Source: an uncultured delta proteobacterium (GTDB lineage Bacteria; Desulfobacterota; Desulfobacteria; Desulfobacterales; JAHEIW01). Taken from it: 64,000 nucleotides of DNA. The translations under genes were made by a program, and so were the position numbers. The notes beneath the pieces were generated by a model. It saw only the letters and a program-made list of their open reading frames with translations. It was not told where the DNA came from and did not search any database. Position 1 is the first letter of the stretch. Each line of letters begins with the position of its first letter. Shown piece by piece: positions 29,646 to 40,014 of this stretch. The DNA lies in the NCBI GenBank assembly GCA_963706575.1, contig CAVPNL010000003.1:320001-384000 (forward strand), written 5' to 3'.

Positions 29646-30764
29646 TTAAAGAAGTTCGATGAACGCTTCCAATCTTGTCCTTAATTGTTCTTCTGAAGTC
29701 TGCTGATCTTCTATCTCCAGTAACATACTGGGAATTCCGGCTCGATCCAATAATTCCTTTATATACGGAAAATCAAAGGCATGCGGATCACAAAATTTCA
29801 AAAGAACAAAGATGACCCCCTGGGCTCGCGTATTTTCTACCATTTTTAAAAGACTGTCACCCCGGCTGAAACAATCGCGGTGTTTGGCCGGACAAATGAT
29901 ACGATTAAAATAGCGCTGTCCGATGGAATTCAATAGATCCCCTTCCGGATCTACCGTTCCCTCAAAATAGCGTGATCCGGTGCAGAGATCATCCCACACC
30001 ACGGTTCCTCCGGCATCTTCTATTGGCTGATAGATCTCCGGCATGCTGCAGATACCACCGGTCAGCACCAGTCGTTTCTCCGCGGTATCGGTTTCTGGGT
30101 TTTGGGTTTGCAGCAGATCAACAACCGCTGACAGCCTTTCGGCTAACTCATTACGGTCCATCACCATCGAAGCCTTGACAATCGCGTGAAGGTCACGGCT
30201 GCTCATCGTTCCAGAATGATCTCTTCTGATTTCATAGATGCGCTGTAAACCGGTTCGAATTTGATTAAAGGTTTGAATGGCTTTCGATAATTTCTCCGGG
30301 GTAATTTCAACCCCCAGCCCGGCCTCGAGATCGTGGTGAAATTTTTTGATGACTGCCTGCATGTAATCTTCAGCGCTTTTGGTATTTAATTTGACCGGCA
30401 GCACCAGATCCAGATGTAAGCTCAAACCGGCATTTAATCGCCAGATGTCGGATAATCTTTGAATGGAATCGCAGGTATGCGGAAAAACAGTGCCGTCTAA
30501 AAAGTCCAGCTTACCTGTGAGCGCATCATCCAGGGCGCCGCGAATGAGGCTGCAGCTGTAGGCCTGAAGATGGCCGTCGGCTCTGGAAACCGCACCGCCG
30601 GCGCCCAGTATCCGATACGGAAGCGCACCGGCAGCCCATATAATTTCTTCCGGTGCATAAGAGCAAAAATATCCGACAACTCTGCCCTGGGTCTCTGCTT
30701 TCCAACTTCTGGCGTAGCCGATCGGATCGTTGGCAATATCATGAAATTGTTTTAATACTTGCAT
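29646..30764 (-). CDS. 2-hydroxyacyl-CoA dehydratase / benzoyl-CoA reductase C-like subunit
   Basis: CSYAPEE, PHTCDS, DDLCTGSR, KFCDPH and RTRLEAF motifs. Confidence 0.85.
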   Translation of the reverse strand: MQVLKQFHDIANDPIGYARSWKAETQGRVVGYFCSYAPEEIIWAAGALPYRILGAGGAVSRADGHLQAYSCSLIRGALDDALTGKLDFLDGTVFPHTCDSIQRLSDIWRLNAGLSLHLDLVLPVKLNTKSAEDYMQAVIKKFHHDLEAGLGVEITPEKLSKAIQTFNQIRTGLQRIYEIRRDHSGTMSSRDLHAIVKASMVMDRNELAERLSAVVDLLQTQNPETDTAEKRLVLTGGICSMPEIYQPIEDAGGTVVWDDLCTGSRYFEGTVDPEGDLLNSIGQRYFNRIICPAKHRDCFSRGDSLLKMVENTRAQGVIFVLLKFCDPHAFDFPYIKELLDRAGIPSMLLEIEDQQTSEEQLRTRLEAFIELL

Positions 30765-31029
30765 TTCCTGATGCCTTCTATGAAGAGGTCTTCAACGTCA
30801 AGATAGTTATCATGAGAGAATTTGCTACGGCAATGGTGATCTCTTTTCATTATTTTTGCTTGACTCTGATACAATGTAGCTTTAATGTAGCTTTATTAAA
30901 TATTGGTTTAGATTGCAATCTTTAAATTAAAAACGTAATTTCAATTAGTTATATAGCGGTATAAATAGCTCTGTGTTAAATCGAAAATACGTCTGAGGAT
31001 TAAAAACCAAAGCGAAGAGGCATTTCACC

Positions 31030-31233
31030 GTGGCGAATGCAAAAAATCAAAATAAGAAACCGGTAGCGGTTAAAAATGATTCCGCCGCTGAATCACCGAA
31101 TAGCAAGGTTAAATTTGAAATATACGGTGAGGAAATGATCGAAAAGCGAGTCAAGTCCAGTGGCAACAGCGGCAGGGTTTATCTGCCGCCCAATTGGGTC
31201 GGCCACAAGGTGAAAATAATCAGAACCGATTAA
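31030..31233 (+). CDS. DUF2080-like small protein
   Basis: FEIYGEEMIEKRVKSSGNSGRVYLPPNWVGHKVKIIR. Confidence 0.75.
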   Translation: MANAKNQNKKPVAVKNDSAAESPNSKVKFEIYGEEMIEKRVKSSGNSGRVYLPPNWVGHKVKIIRTD

Positions 31234-31259
31234 TCTTTCCATCGATAAGGAATTTGCCC

Positions 31260-31697
31260 GTGGATAATTTTCAAATAAGACGGCTAAGCGTTGAAGATGC
31301 AGAAGAGATCACCCGGATTTACGCTGAGATTACGCGGCGGCCGGTTGAACCGGATTTTAAAAAAGTTGTCGAAGAACATGCCCAAAGCGAGGATGAGGCC
31401 TGTTTCGTTGCCGAACATCAGGGCAAGGTTGTCGGGTTTATGATCAGCTACATTCTGACCGCGGGATTTGGTGAAACCAAAAGTGCCTGGATTGCCACCT
31501 TGGGAGTCGACCCCAATTTCATGGGCCAGGGAATCGGCGCCAGCATGGCCAAAAAAATATTTGAAATTTACAAGGCCGCTGGCATAGAAAACGTCTACAC
31601 GACGGTCCGCTGGGATTCAACCGATATGCTTTCCTTTTTTAAAACCCTCGGATTCGACCGCAGCAAGTTTATCAACCTGCGAAAGGTGATTGATTAG
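31260..31697 (+). CDS. GNAT family N-acetyltransferase
   Basis: CFVAE..VVGF, LGVDPNFMGQGIG and FFKTLGF motifs; GTG start behind AAGGA. Confidence 0.85.
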   Translation: MDNFQIRRLSVEDAEEITRIYAEITRRPVEPDFKKVVEEHAQSEDEACFVAEHQGKVVGFMISYILTAGFGETKSAWIATLGVDPNFMGQGIGASMAKKIFEIYKAAGIENVYTTVRWDSTDMLSFFKTLGFDRSKFINLRKVID

Positions 31698-33088
31698 AAC
31701 AGCCCCGCTTTGCCTTTAAAACGATGGAGACTATTGATTTCAATTCCAAGAAGTTCTGAAATCCTGAATTTTGCTTCCATTCCCATGGCAAGGCCGGGTT
31801 GAGGATTAATTAGACCCAATTGAAGATCTTCTCTTATTTCAGCCATTATGACAGGGTCCGTTAAATCTCTTAACGAAACCCCCAGCTTATTGGCCACAAA
31901 ATTTTTTGCATCCTTTATCCTCATTCCTCGGGACATTTGCATACGGGCAACCAGATCTCCGGCTGCGCGTAATCCGCCCATGCCCGAAACAACGCCATGC
32001 GTAGCGGCCACGCCAAGAACATCTCCCACGCCAACCTACAAACCGTCCAGTTGCGTGATGTCAACAACCGCTTTGGATGCTCTGGCGACAGCATCGATGG
32101 GTGGGATTGAGTTTAAGGGAACCCCGCCTACCCCCATACCCATATTGGCATGAATGGGTATGTTGGACTGCGCTGTACAGGCCTTTAGGAAAGTAACAAC
32201 TCGCGCTACATTCCAGGCACAGGAATCATTCGTGGTTGTATTGATAACCGGGCCAAAAATGGTAACGCCTGCTTTCTCAGCCAGTTTGACCTGCTCGTGT
32301 GGAAACAATCCTGCTAAACGAATATCTTCATAGTGGAGATCTCCATGCATTCCTAAGACAAACTCGCCAGACATCCCCATTTCAATACACATATCGGGGT
32401 ATTTCTTTTTAAGGATTTCAACCGCTTTAAGGGTTGCCAAAAAATCAGGATCTCCGGCTGCCCCGGTGGTGTCGAAATCGATTCCATCCGCCCCGGATTC
32501 ATAGAGCTCACTGGCCACAAAAACCATATCCGCGACCGCATACTCAATCGCTGCTTCACTGGCCGCCCTGGCCTCATCAATTTTTCCCGCGGACATCAGT
32601 TCAGATGAATTCGGAGCGGGACCGTCCGGTTGGCTATAGATGCCCAGATTTGGCATCGCCCCATACATAACGGGGACCGTTGTGACCAACAATGCCTGCT
32701 CCAATATGGATCTTTCATAGCCGACAATGGGTTTGATTGCCTTGAAACTGTAATCGATATGGCCCAATTCAACGGTGTCGGCACCCAGTGCCTTCTCATA
32801 CAGCTGAAGCATTTGGGTCCTGTCGATGGGAAGAAGATTGCGTTGTATTTCGTTACAGGTTGTATCGTAAGTAAAAATCACCTCGTTGCCTGGCTCCACA
32901 TGTCCCGGTGGTGAGGACGAGCTGTAGATATCAAAAAGATGATCCAATTCATCCTGGGTGAGCGGATCGATTTTTCCGATGTCTGCGGCATCCTTAGTCC
33001 CCTCTTCGAGATCTTGCTTCAGTTCAGCCTCGGAAAGCGCTAATAAGGAACCATCTCCCATTCGGGTTCGGATTTTCTTATTCGCCAT
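31694..33088 (-). CDS. mtbB: dimethylamine:corrinoid methyltransferase with in-frame TAG (pyrrolysine) at 32036-32038
   Basis: RMGDG, DYSFKAIKPI, YGAMPNLG, DTTGAAGD, DGL*VGVGD and GDLVARMQ motifs; the two ORFs are in frame and give 464 aa. Confidence 0.92.
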
Positions 33089-33163
33089 GATCAGCTCCAT
33101 TTATGTATGATGATCATTCAGATAATACCTCAGTTGGAAAATTTCCCAAAAGCGGTTATTTAT

Positions 33164-33967
33164 TCAAAGGGTCTTTTCAAATAAACTGCCAAACTGGGGC
33201 AAACCATCATCCACGCCGGCAAGACGCAAACAGTGCCAGCCAAGGACCAGATTGCTTGAAAGAACCGGTTTGCCCAGTTCTTCTTCAGCCGCTTTAATGA
33301 TTCCGAGGGCCCGCACACTCGTACAGGAAATGAACACCGTGTCAACAAGATCCGACCCGCCCAACTTTAGGACAACTTCCTTGATCGAATCCGGTGTTAT
33401 GCGGCCGACATTTTCATCTTCTGGTTCATTCCATGATCCCATAACCGGAACCTTGAAGCCGTCATCCTGAATATAACCGCGCAGACGGCGATTAATATCA
33501 TCCATATAGGGCGTGATCAGCGCAATGCTGCCGGACGATAAGGCCTCAAATGCAGCGATTGCGGCCTGCAAAGGCGCCGTGCAGGCAACTTCCGGGCGCA
33601 CTTCATGAATTCGTGCGTGCACATTTTCGATGCCGATTTGCATTGAGCCAGAGGTACATCCGTAGGCAATCACATCCAGCGGCAATCCGGTCATGATCAG
33701 ACGGGTGGCCTCAGGGATTTTGCTTTCCATATCCTTGAGTGTCTGCGGGGTAATGGTCGGTGCGCAGTACAGGCGATTCCCATATAATGATACGCCGGGA
33801 AGATCCAGCAGCTGCCGAATTTCATATTCGATGGTCTGATCACCCGATAGCACGATCAGCCCTATACGGGCGCGTTCCCCCAGGCCGCTATCCATTTTAT
33901 AGGGAATGTTTTGCTCATCAATCACAAGATCTTCCCCTGATTGCGCGTTGGCTTTAACCTCTTGCAT
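33164..33967 (-). CDS. Asp/Glu racemase / maleate isomerase family (EutA-like)
   Basis: RIGLIVLSGDQTIE, YGCTSGS, ITPY, FISCTS and PVLSSN motifs. Confidence 0.85.
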   Translation of the reverse strand: MQEVKANAQSGEDLVIDEQNIPYKMDSGLGERARIGLIVLSGDQTIEYEIRQLLDLPGVSLYGNRLYCAPTITPQTLKDMESKIPEATRLIMTGLPLDVIAYGCTSGSMQIGIENVHARIHEVRPEVACTAPLQAAIAAFEALSSGSIALITPYMDDINRRLRGYIQDDGFKVPVMGSWNEPEDENVGRITPDSIKEVVLKLGGSDLVDTVFISCTSVRALGIIKAAEEELGKPVLSSNLVLGWHCLRLAGVDDGLPQFGSLFEKTL

Positions 33968-34025
33968 GGTTTCCTCCTTTATTTACTTTGCCAATGAGGT
34001 ACTGCGATCTTATATTTCCTTTTTA

Positions 34026-34126
34026 ATACCGCTTTTCATAATAATGTTTCGAATTGTGGCATAAGCGGGTGTGCGGTTGTAAAAAAAACGTTTGAATCTC
34101 GGAACGTTTTTTTGACAATCACTATA
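34026..34126. repeat. ~100 bp dispersed repeat, copy 2
   Basis: Same orientation and ends as 22547-22646. Confidence 0.85.
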
Positions 34127-34136
34127 AATGACCTGA

Positions 34137-35291
34137 TTACAGCTCGATCAAATCCCTTGATGTCTTTGAAAGAATCTCTGCGCCCGTCTCGGTCATGAGA
34201 ACATCGTCTATGATTCTGACCCCGACCCGTTCTTCGCTTATGTATACCGGTGGTTCGATGGAAACAACCATTCCGGGCTCGAGAGTATACTTGCTGTCCG
34301 CGAACAGGTGATTGTTCTCACCCCATGAGGGCGGATAACCCGGTCCAATCCCATAGCCGGTGGTATGCAGGCGATATGAATCCAATCCCGCATCTGCGAT
34401 AACCTTCTTGGCGACTTCATGGGGCTTTACCATGGGGACGCCTGGTTTCATCTCCGCTATACAAAGATCACAGGCCTCACGAACCACTTTATAGACCTCT
34501 TTAACACGGGGCCTGGCCTTTCCCAGGCACAGTTGTCTGCCGATGGTGCAGTGGTAGCGTTTGTAGCAACCGGAATATTCAATGTTGATATCGTCTCCCT
34601 GTTTGAGTTTGCGTTCTGTCGGAAACCCATGCGGATAAACAATTCGCTCACCGGACACAAAATTCATGGGGCTGGCCGATGCGTCGCTGCCCAGAGCCAT
34701 GAGGGTTCGATGCATCTCTCCAGCGATTTCGAGTTCGGTTTTTCCTTCGGCTAAGGTGTCCAGCCCGGTTTGAAATGCAGCATCTGCAATATCTGAAGCC
34801 TTGCGAATATAGGCAATCTCCGCCGCTGATTTGGCAAGCTTCAAATCTTCAATCAAAAAAGGCACTTCTTTGACGGAACAATCCTTGAGAAGGTCTTTGA
34901 GCTTTATATAATCATGGGGGCCCAGGTAGTAGTAAGGAACCTCGAAACCGATGCGGTGCTTAAAATAGCCCTTTTCTTCCATGATGGTTTTGACCACGTC
35001 GATGGGATCTTCCGGTTCGCGCCCACCCCAGCCGCGTATGTCTTCCGCCAGGCTTTGCTCGGTGTACTCCAACACCTCCGCCAGTCGCATCGTCACAGTG
35101 AGCGGACCCGGTTCGCGCGTGAAAAAGAGGCATTGAAACTCCTGGAAGCTTTTGGCACGGGTTCCGATCAACCAGTGTATGCTCTGGGGAGCAATAACAA
35201 GGAGGAGATCCAGTCCTTCTTTATCCATAGCCTCTCTGACCCGCCGCTGCCGCGTTTCAAATTCCTCCATTTCAAATTCATGCTTTGACAT
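34137..35291 (-). CDS. M24 family hydrolase (ectoine hydrolase DoeA/EutD- or creatinase-like)
   Basis: KSAAEIAYIR, EYSGCYKRYH, TGYGIGPGYPPSWGE and SIEPP motifs. Confidence 0.8.
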   Translation of the reverse strand: MSKHEFEMEEFETRQRRVREAMDKEGLDLLLVIAPQSIHWLIGTRAKSFQEFQCLFFTREPGPLTVTMRLAEVLEYTEQSLAEDIRGWGGREPEDPIDVVKTIMEEKGYFKHRIGFEVPYYYLGPHDYIKLKDLLKDCSVKEVPFLIEDLKLAKSAAEIAYIRKASDIADAAFQTGLDTLAEGKTELEIAGEMHRTLMALGSDASASPMNFVSGERIVYPHGFPTERKLKQGDDINIEYSGCYKRYHCTIGRQLCLGKARPRVKEVYKVVREACDLCIAEMKPGVPMVKPHEVAKKVIADAGLDSYRLHTTGYGIGPGYPPSWGENNHLFADSKYTLEPGMVVSIEPPVYISEERVGVRIIDDVLMTETGAEILSKTSRDLIEL

Positions 35292-35645
35292 TTTGATCCT
35301 CCCAGTTCAAAGGGTTTAAAAATAATCAGTTTAAATGAACCTTTATTTAAAATGCTCGCTCCGTCAAGTGTTTTCAATTAATTTTTAAAATAACCCATAA
35401 TGTTCATACTCCATATTGTTCAAAAAAAGAATTGGAATTAAGGCAATACTGGAAAGCACATTTTGGGTGGGTCCAAAAAAGGGGGGGTATATCGAAAAGC
35501 TACAGCGTTCACCCGGTAGGAATCAAAGGGTGCCTTTCAGACCTTCGGTGAATTGTGATATAATACCTTGTAAAGCCAGAGATTCTATGGTACAAAAACG
35601 GCGTTTTCGCCTCGGGAATTTATTTTAGGAAGGGAAAGAGTGTTT

Positions 35646-35792
35646 ATGTCCGAAAAGCATCCGGAATGTCCGCTTTATAATCCACTCAATTGCAAAGAAT
35701 ATTATAATCCCAAGCTTTGCGCTTTTGTCAGAAAAGATAAGGACTGCCTGAAGAAAAAAAAACCAAAAACTAAAGCCAAATCAAGCGCTTAG
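35646..35792 (+). CDS. 48 aa four-Cys, Lys-tailed small protein (below the ORF-track cutoff)
   Basis: MSEKHPECPLYNPLNCKEYYNPKLCAFVRKDKDCLKKKKPKTKAKSSA, with a purine-rich RBS upstream. Confidence 0.55.
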   Translation: MSEKHPECPLYNPLNCKEYYNPKLCAFVRKDKDCLKKKKPKTKAKSSA

Positions 35793-35810
35793 AGAAAACC
35801 AGAATTCGAA

Positions 35811-36383
35811 TTAAGCGTGTCCGGCCGTGTCTGAAAGCAGCGCCGGATCGATTCCCATCTTCCTTACCGCCTTTTCCCAACGATTTTCAACCGGCATTTC
35901 AAAAATATTCTCCTCGAACACCGGAACCGTTAACCAGGCATTTTGTTTGATCTCGGCTTCCAGCTGTCCCGGCCCCCAGCCGGCGCACCCGAGTACGATG
36001 ATAAATGAATGCGGTCCTTTACCCATTGCAATGGACTCGATAATATCCCTTGTATTGCTCAGGGCCAAATTTTCGGTAATCCTTAAAGACCCCTCCCAGT
36101 CAAACGGGGGGCCGTGAAGTACAAAGATTTCTGCAATGTGCACCGGGCCCCCTGTGTGGATTGGAATCTTTTCGGCCTCCGGCGAGTGTTCAATTTTGAG
36201 CTCCTTAAAAATATCCTTGGCCGTCAAGGCCTTTTGGACCCGGTTGACCACCAGTCCCATGGCGCCTTGCGAGTTATGTTCACACAAACAGGTCACCGTT
36301 TGATGAAAATTGGGGTCCACCAGTCCCGGCATCGCCATTAAAAACTGTCCTTTTAAAGACCCCTGATACCCCTCATCTTCCAT
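35811..36383 (-). CDS. YqgE/AlgH family protein
   Basis: AMPGLVDPNF, GAMGLVVN, GGPV and AGWGPGQLEAE motifs. Confidence 0.92.
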   Translation of the reverse strand: MEDEGYQGSLKGQFLMAMPGLVDPNFHQTVTCLCEHNSQGAMGLVVNRVQKALTAKDIFKELKIEHSPEAEKIPIHTGGPVHIAEIFVLHGPPFDWEGSLRITENLALSNTRDIIESIAMGKGPHSFIIVLGCAGWGPGQLEAEIKQNAWLTVPVFEENIFEMPVENRWEKAVRKMGIDPALLSDTAGHA

Positions 36384-36401
36384 GGTTTCCTCCGATGGGT
36401 T

Positions 36402-38987
36402 TTAACTGGCAGCCACGACATAGGGTTTGCCCGAGTTTCGTTCGAGCAATTCGAATACTTTCCTGCCGCCGAGCTCCTTGTCAAGGTCGGATGAAATTTT
36501 AATTTCTCCGACATCGGGGCGGGTCCGTGCCGCCTGCAAGGTATTTTCGCTGATGAGGATACCATTCGGAAATGATTTGGTAAGATTCTGCAGCCTGAAG
36601 ACCGTATTTACGGAATCACCGATCACCGTATAGTCCATCTTCTGCTCGAATCCGATATTTCCAACCACCACCTCACCGGTATGGATGCTGATTCCCATGC
36701 AAACGGTGGCACCGAATTTCCTTTCCAGGAATCGATTCACGGCAGCCAGTGATTTTTTCATCTCAAAACCGGCAGCGATGGCATTGTCGGCATCCTCTGT
36801 GCTCGATACCGGAGCACCGAACAGGGCTAAGAATCCATCACCTAAATATTTATCCACGATCCCGTGGTGCTTGAACACGATACCACCCATTGCCGAAAAA
36901 AAGCTGTTTAGAAGCGAGACTGTTTTTTGAGAGCCGATCTCACGGGAAAGCTTTGAAAATCCACGAATGTCGATATTTAGCAAGGTAAGGGTTTTCAATT
37001 CTTCAACCACCGGTTTGCCGTTTTCGGAATCATAAATGATTTTATCCAGAACTTCTTTGGGAACAAATTTCTGGAACATATGCCGGATATCGCGTTCCTG
37101 TTCGGCCATCGAAACGGTCTCTTTGTAAAGACGCGCGTTTTCCAATGCAATACATACCGAGGTTGCAATAGACTGTAAAAGATCCTTGTCGTCTGTATCA
37201 AACTCACCATCGACCTTATTGAGTACCTCAATAACGCCAATGACCTTTCCCTGTGAAACCATGGGCACACAGAGCGCCGATCGGGTTTGAAAACCTGAGT
37301 ATTCATCAACCATCGGGAAGAAATGGGGAGATTTTTCAATATCATTGACCAGGATTGATTTACCCCTGGCCGCCACGTAGCCGGCAATTCCCTGGCCGAT
37401 CTTGAGACGGAACTTTTTCATGGATTTGATTTTAATATTGAAGGCCACGGCAATCTCAAGCTCGTCTTCTTCCAGAAAAAGCAGAGAACCGGCCTCAATG
37501 TTCATCACTTCTCGGATCATATCCATGGTATATTTCAGAACTTTGCTGATATCAAATGTGGAAGACGCCAGGGCACTGCCGACCTGGCGGATGGTATCCA
37601 ATTCCTGATTTCGCTTGACGACCGCCGCGGACAGTCGATTGCGTTCAATTGCCAACGAGAGACCATTGGCGATCCAGGTGATGAGTTTGGGTGCATTGTA
37701 AAAAATACCGACATTTTTGGCTGCCAGCGCTAAAATGCCGGTAACAATACCGTCACTTTTTAAAGGGGCCAGCAGACAGGACGTGCAGCCGTGATCCGTA
37801 AAAAGTTCACGGTCCAACGAATTGGCAATCGAATTGGTATTTTCCACCAGCAGGCTGGTTTCCTGCTTGAATACCTTTTCAATAATTGAGCCTTTGATCG
37901 GATAACTGGTGCCTTTCGCAAGGTTTGAAGGCCCGCTGATCAGCAAGTCGAAGATTTTCAGATGCCCGGATTTGGCATCATCTTTGATCAGTACAAAGGC
38001 AAGGTCAAAGGGAACCACGCTTTGAAGTTCATTGAGCACCGCGTGCAGCAATTCCGTATCTCTGAAACTGGAAATGAGTATTTTAAAAATCTTTTCAATG
38101 GACTTGAGGTGCATCGTGTTGCGCTCGTTTTCCTTGATCAAGCGCAGATTTTCATAGGTAAAAGCGGCGTTGCTCAGCAGAGGGGTTAACACTTCAACAT
38201 CTTCCTGGGTATAAACACGATCGTGCCTCGACGAGATCGTCAAGACCCCAAAAATATCCTTGCTGGTTTTGATCGGCATGCAGACAAATGATTTCGTCCC
38301 GTAATGTGCCAGGTTGGCTCTTCCAAAACGGTTATCATTTTCGATATCCTCAACAACCAGAGGCGATTTATTAATGACGGCATATTTGGCGATGCTGGTT
38401 TCGAAATCAATGCGGTCTCCGGCCTTGACAAATTTCCCGAGACCCACCGTCGCTTTAACCATGAAAGATTTCGGCTCCGCCTTATTAAGGGTCAGGATAG
38501 AACCGAGATCTGAATTGGTCAGCAACAGGGCGCGCTCCAGCGTTATGTGAAGAATCTCCTCCGGGTCAAAAGTGACATAGCAAAGCTCTGAAAGTTCTTT
38601 AAGGATGGATATCTCGGACGCCTTTTTTTCAAGCGCATGAAACGTGTTGCTAAAACGATGTTCGATGGCACTGAAGGAATGCACAATTCTTTGAAGCTCG
38701 TCGGAACCGGGCGAAAGCTGGTCATCTGAAAAATCGCCAAGGTAATTGGACGACATTTGCTGCGATATATTGGAGATTTTATCAAATAGTTTTTTCAGAA
38801 TTGTAAAGCCGGCAAAAGAAAAGATCAGGATACCCAGAAAGAATAAAGGGACCCATTTGTCTTTCAGCATGTCGTATTTAATACTAAAGAAAATAAACCC
38901 CAGGACCGGAAAGAAAAAGAAAAGACCAAAAATTAAATTTAGCTTTGTATATAAGTTTTTTTTCCTCAAAAATGATCTCCCAGCCAA
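36402..38987 (-). CDS. membrane-anchored multi-GAF class III adenylate/guanylate cyclase
   Basis: Two N-terminal TMs, three GAF-like segments, DIRGFS, DKYLGDG and YTVIGDSVN. Confidence 0.88.
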   Translation of the reverse strand: MAGRSFLRKKNLYTKLNLIFGLFFFFPVLGFIFFSIKYDMLKDKWVPLFFLGILIFSFAGFTILKKLFDKISNISQQMSSNYLGDFSDDQLSPGSDELQRIVHSFSAIEHRFSNTFHALEKKASEISILKELSELCYVTFDPEEILHITLERALLLTNSDLGSILTLNKAEPKSFMVKATVGLGKFVKAGDRIDFETSIAKYAVINKSPLVVEDIENDNRFGRANLAHYGTKSFVCMPIKTSKDIFGVLTISSRHDRVYTQEDVEVLTPLLSNAAFTYENLRLIKENERNTMHLKSIEKIFKILISSFRDTELLHAVLNELQSVVPFDLAFVLIKDDAKSGHLKIFDLLISGPSNLAKGTSYPIKGSIIEKVFKQETSLLVENTNSIANSLDRELFTDHGCTSCLLAPLKSDGIVTGILALAAKNVGIFYNAPKLITWIANGLSLAIERNRLSAAVVKRNQELDTIRQVGSALASSTFDISKVLKYTMDMIREVMNIEAGSLLFLEEDELEIAVAFNIKIKSMKKFRLKIGQGIAGYVAARGKSILVNDIEKSPHFFPMVDEYSGFQTRSALCVPMVSQGKVIGVIEVLNKVDGEFDTDDKDLLQSIATSVCIALENARLYKETVSMAEQERDIRHMFQKFVPKEVLDKIIYDSENGKPVVEELKTLTLLNIDIRGFSKLSREIGSQKTVSLLNSFFSAMGGIVFKHHGIVDKYLGDGFLALFGAPVSSTEDADNAIAAGFEMKKSLAAVNRFLERKFGATVCMGISIHTGEVVVGNIGFEQKMDYTVIGDSVNTVFRLQNLTKSFPNGILISENTLQAARTRPDVGEIKISSDLDKELGGRKVFELLERNSGKPYVVAAS

Positions 38988-39146
38988 TTGCCAACATCGG
39001 TTTTATTCTGATGTGTTTTTCAGAAACGTCAAATTTGCGATTGGCTCTTATTTTATGCGAAAATAAAAAATCTTAAACATCATACCTCGGAATTTCTACA
39101 ACTGAATGAAAATACATGGTGTTTTTGAGGAATGAGTTTTTGCCTC

Positions 39147-39304
39147 AATAATGGAATAATGGAATAGCGGAATGATGGAATAGTGGGTTCTTAAATAATA
39201 TCTATCACTTAAAGCTTTATCATCAAGCCGATATTTTGCCAGTTACCCAATCTTGCAGTATCCCAACACCCATTTTTCCAATATTCCAGCATTCCACCAT
39301 TCCA
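39147..39304. repeat. GGAATAAT-octamer inverted cassette
   Basis: aataatggaataatggaatagcggaatgatggaatagtgg...ccaatattccagcattccaccattcca. Confidence 0.75.
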
Positions 39305-39450
39305 AGCGGGGCGAAGCCTCAAACTCGATACGCAACTTATTTATATTATAAAAATGATCATTCTTCAACCAAAATAGGTCTTTTAACGCTGCAGAGGGTT
39401 TCCCGGTTTCTAAGCATAACCCATGGCTTTCCGACAGGATGCACTTCAGC

Positions 39451-39479
39451 TTGACATTACCTGGCGACTTTTTTATAGG
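39451..39479 (+). promoter_or_regulatory. possible sigma70 promoter of dtd
   Basis: TTGACA-17 nt-TATAGG. Confidence 0.4.
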
Positions 39480-39571
39480 GCAATGCAATTAGATTGCTTG
39501 GAAAATCGAGATGATTTCTATAGAATATATTAAACAATAATTCAAATAATGTAAATTTTTGGGGATATTTT

Positions 39572-40012
39572 ATGCGGGCGGTTGTTCAAAGAGTCAAACA
39601 AAGTTCCGTTAAAACGGATGGTGAAGTGGTGGGCCGGATCGGCGGGGGTCTTTTAGTCTTGCTCGGCGTGGCCAAGGGAGATCGCGCTGAAGATGCGGAT
39701 TTTCTGGCCAATAAGATCATCAACCTGAGGATATTTGAAGACGAGGACGGTAAAATGAACCGATCGTTGCTGGAAATCGGCGGTGAATTGCTGGCCGTTT
39801 CTCAATTTACCCTGTTAGCCGATTGCCGCAAAGGAAGGCGCCCCTCGTTTATAGCAGCGGCTGAACCCGAAAAAGCCACCGAACTCTACGAAAAGTTTAT
39901 TGAGCGGGTACGCCAAAAGGGTGTCGCGGTTCAGACCGGCCGGTTTCAGGCGACGATGGAAGTCGCTCTGATCAACGATGGCCCGGTAACGATCATCATC
40001 GAAAGTCGGTAG
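39572..40012 (+). CDS. dtd: D-aminoacyl-tRNA deacylase
   Basis: [20 protein letters not shown] and NDGPVT motifs. Confidence 0.96.
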   Translation: MRAVVQRVKQSSVKTDGEVVGRIGGGLLVLLGVAKGDRAEDADFLANKIINLRIFEDEDGKMNRSLLEIGGELLAVSQFTLLADCRKGRRPSFIAAAEPEKATELYEKFIERVRQKGVAVQTGRFQATMEVALINDGPVTIIIESR

Positions 40013-40014
40013 AT

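Noticed and set aside
27384..30764. Definite class I benzoyl-CoA reductase
   Set aside because: Only one activase subunit and no ring-cleavage genes nearby; it cannot be told apart from a 2-hydroxyacyl-CoA dehydratase by eye.
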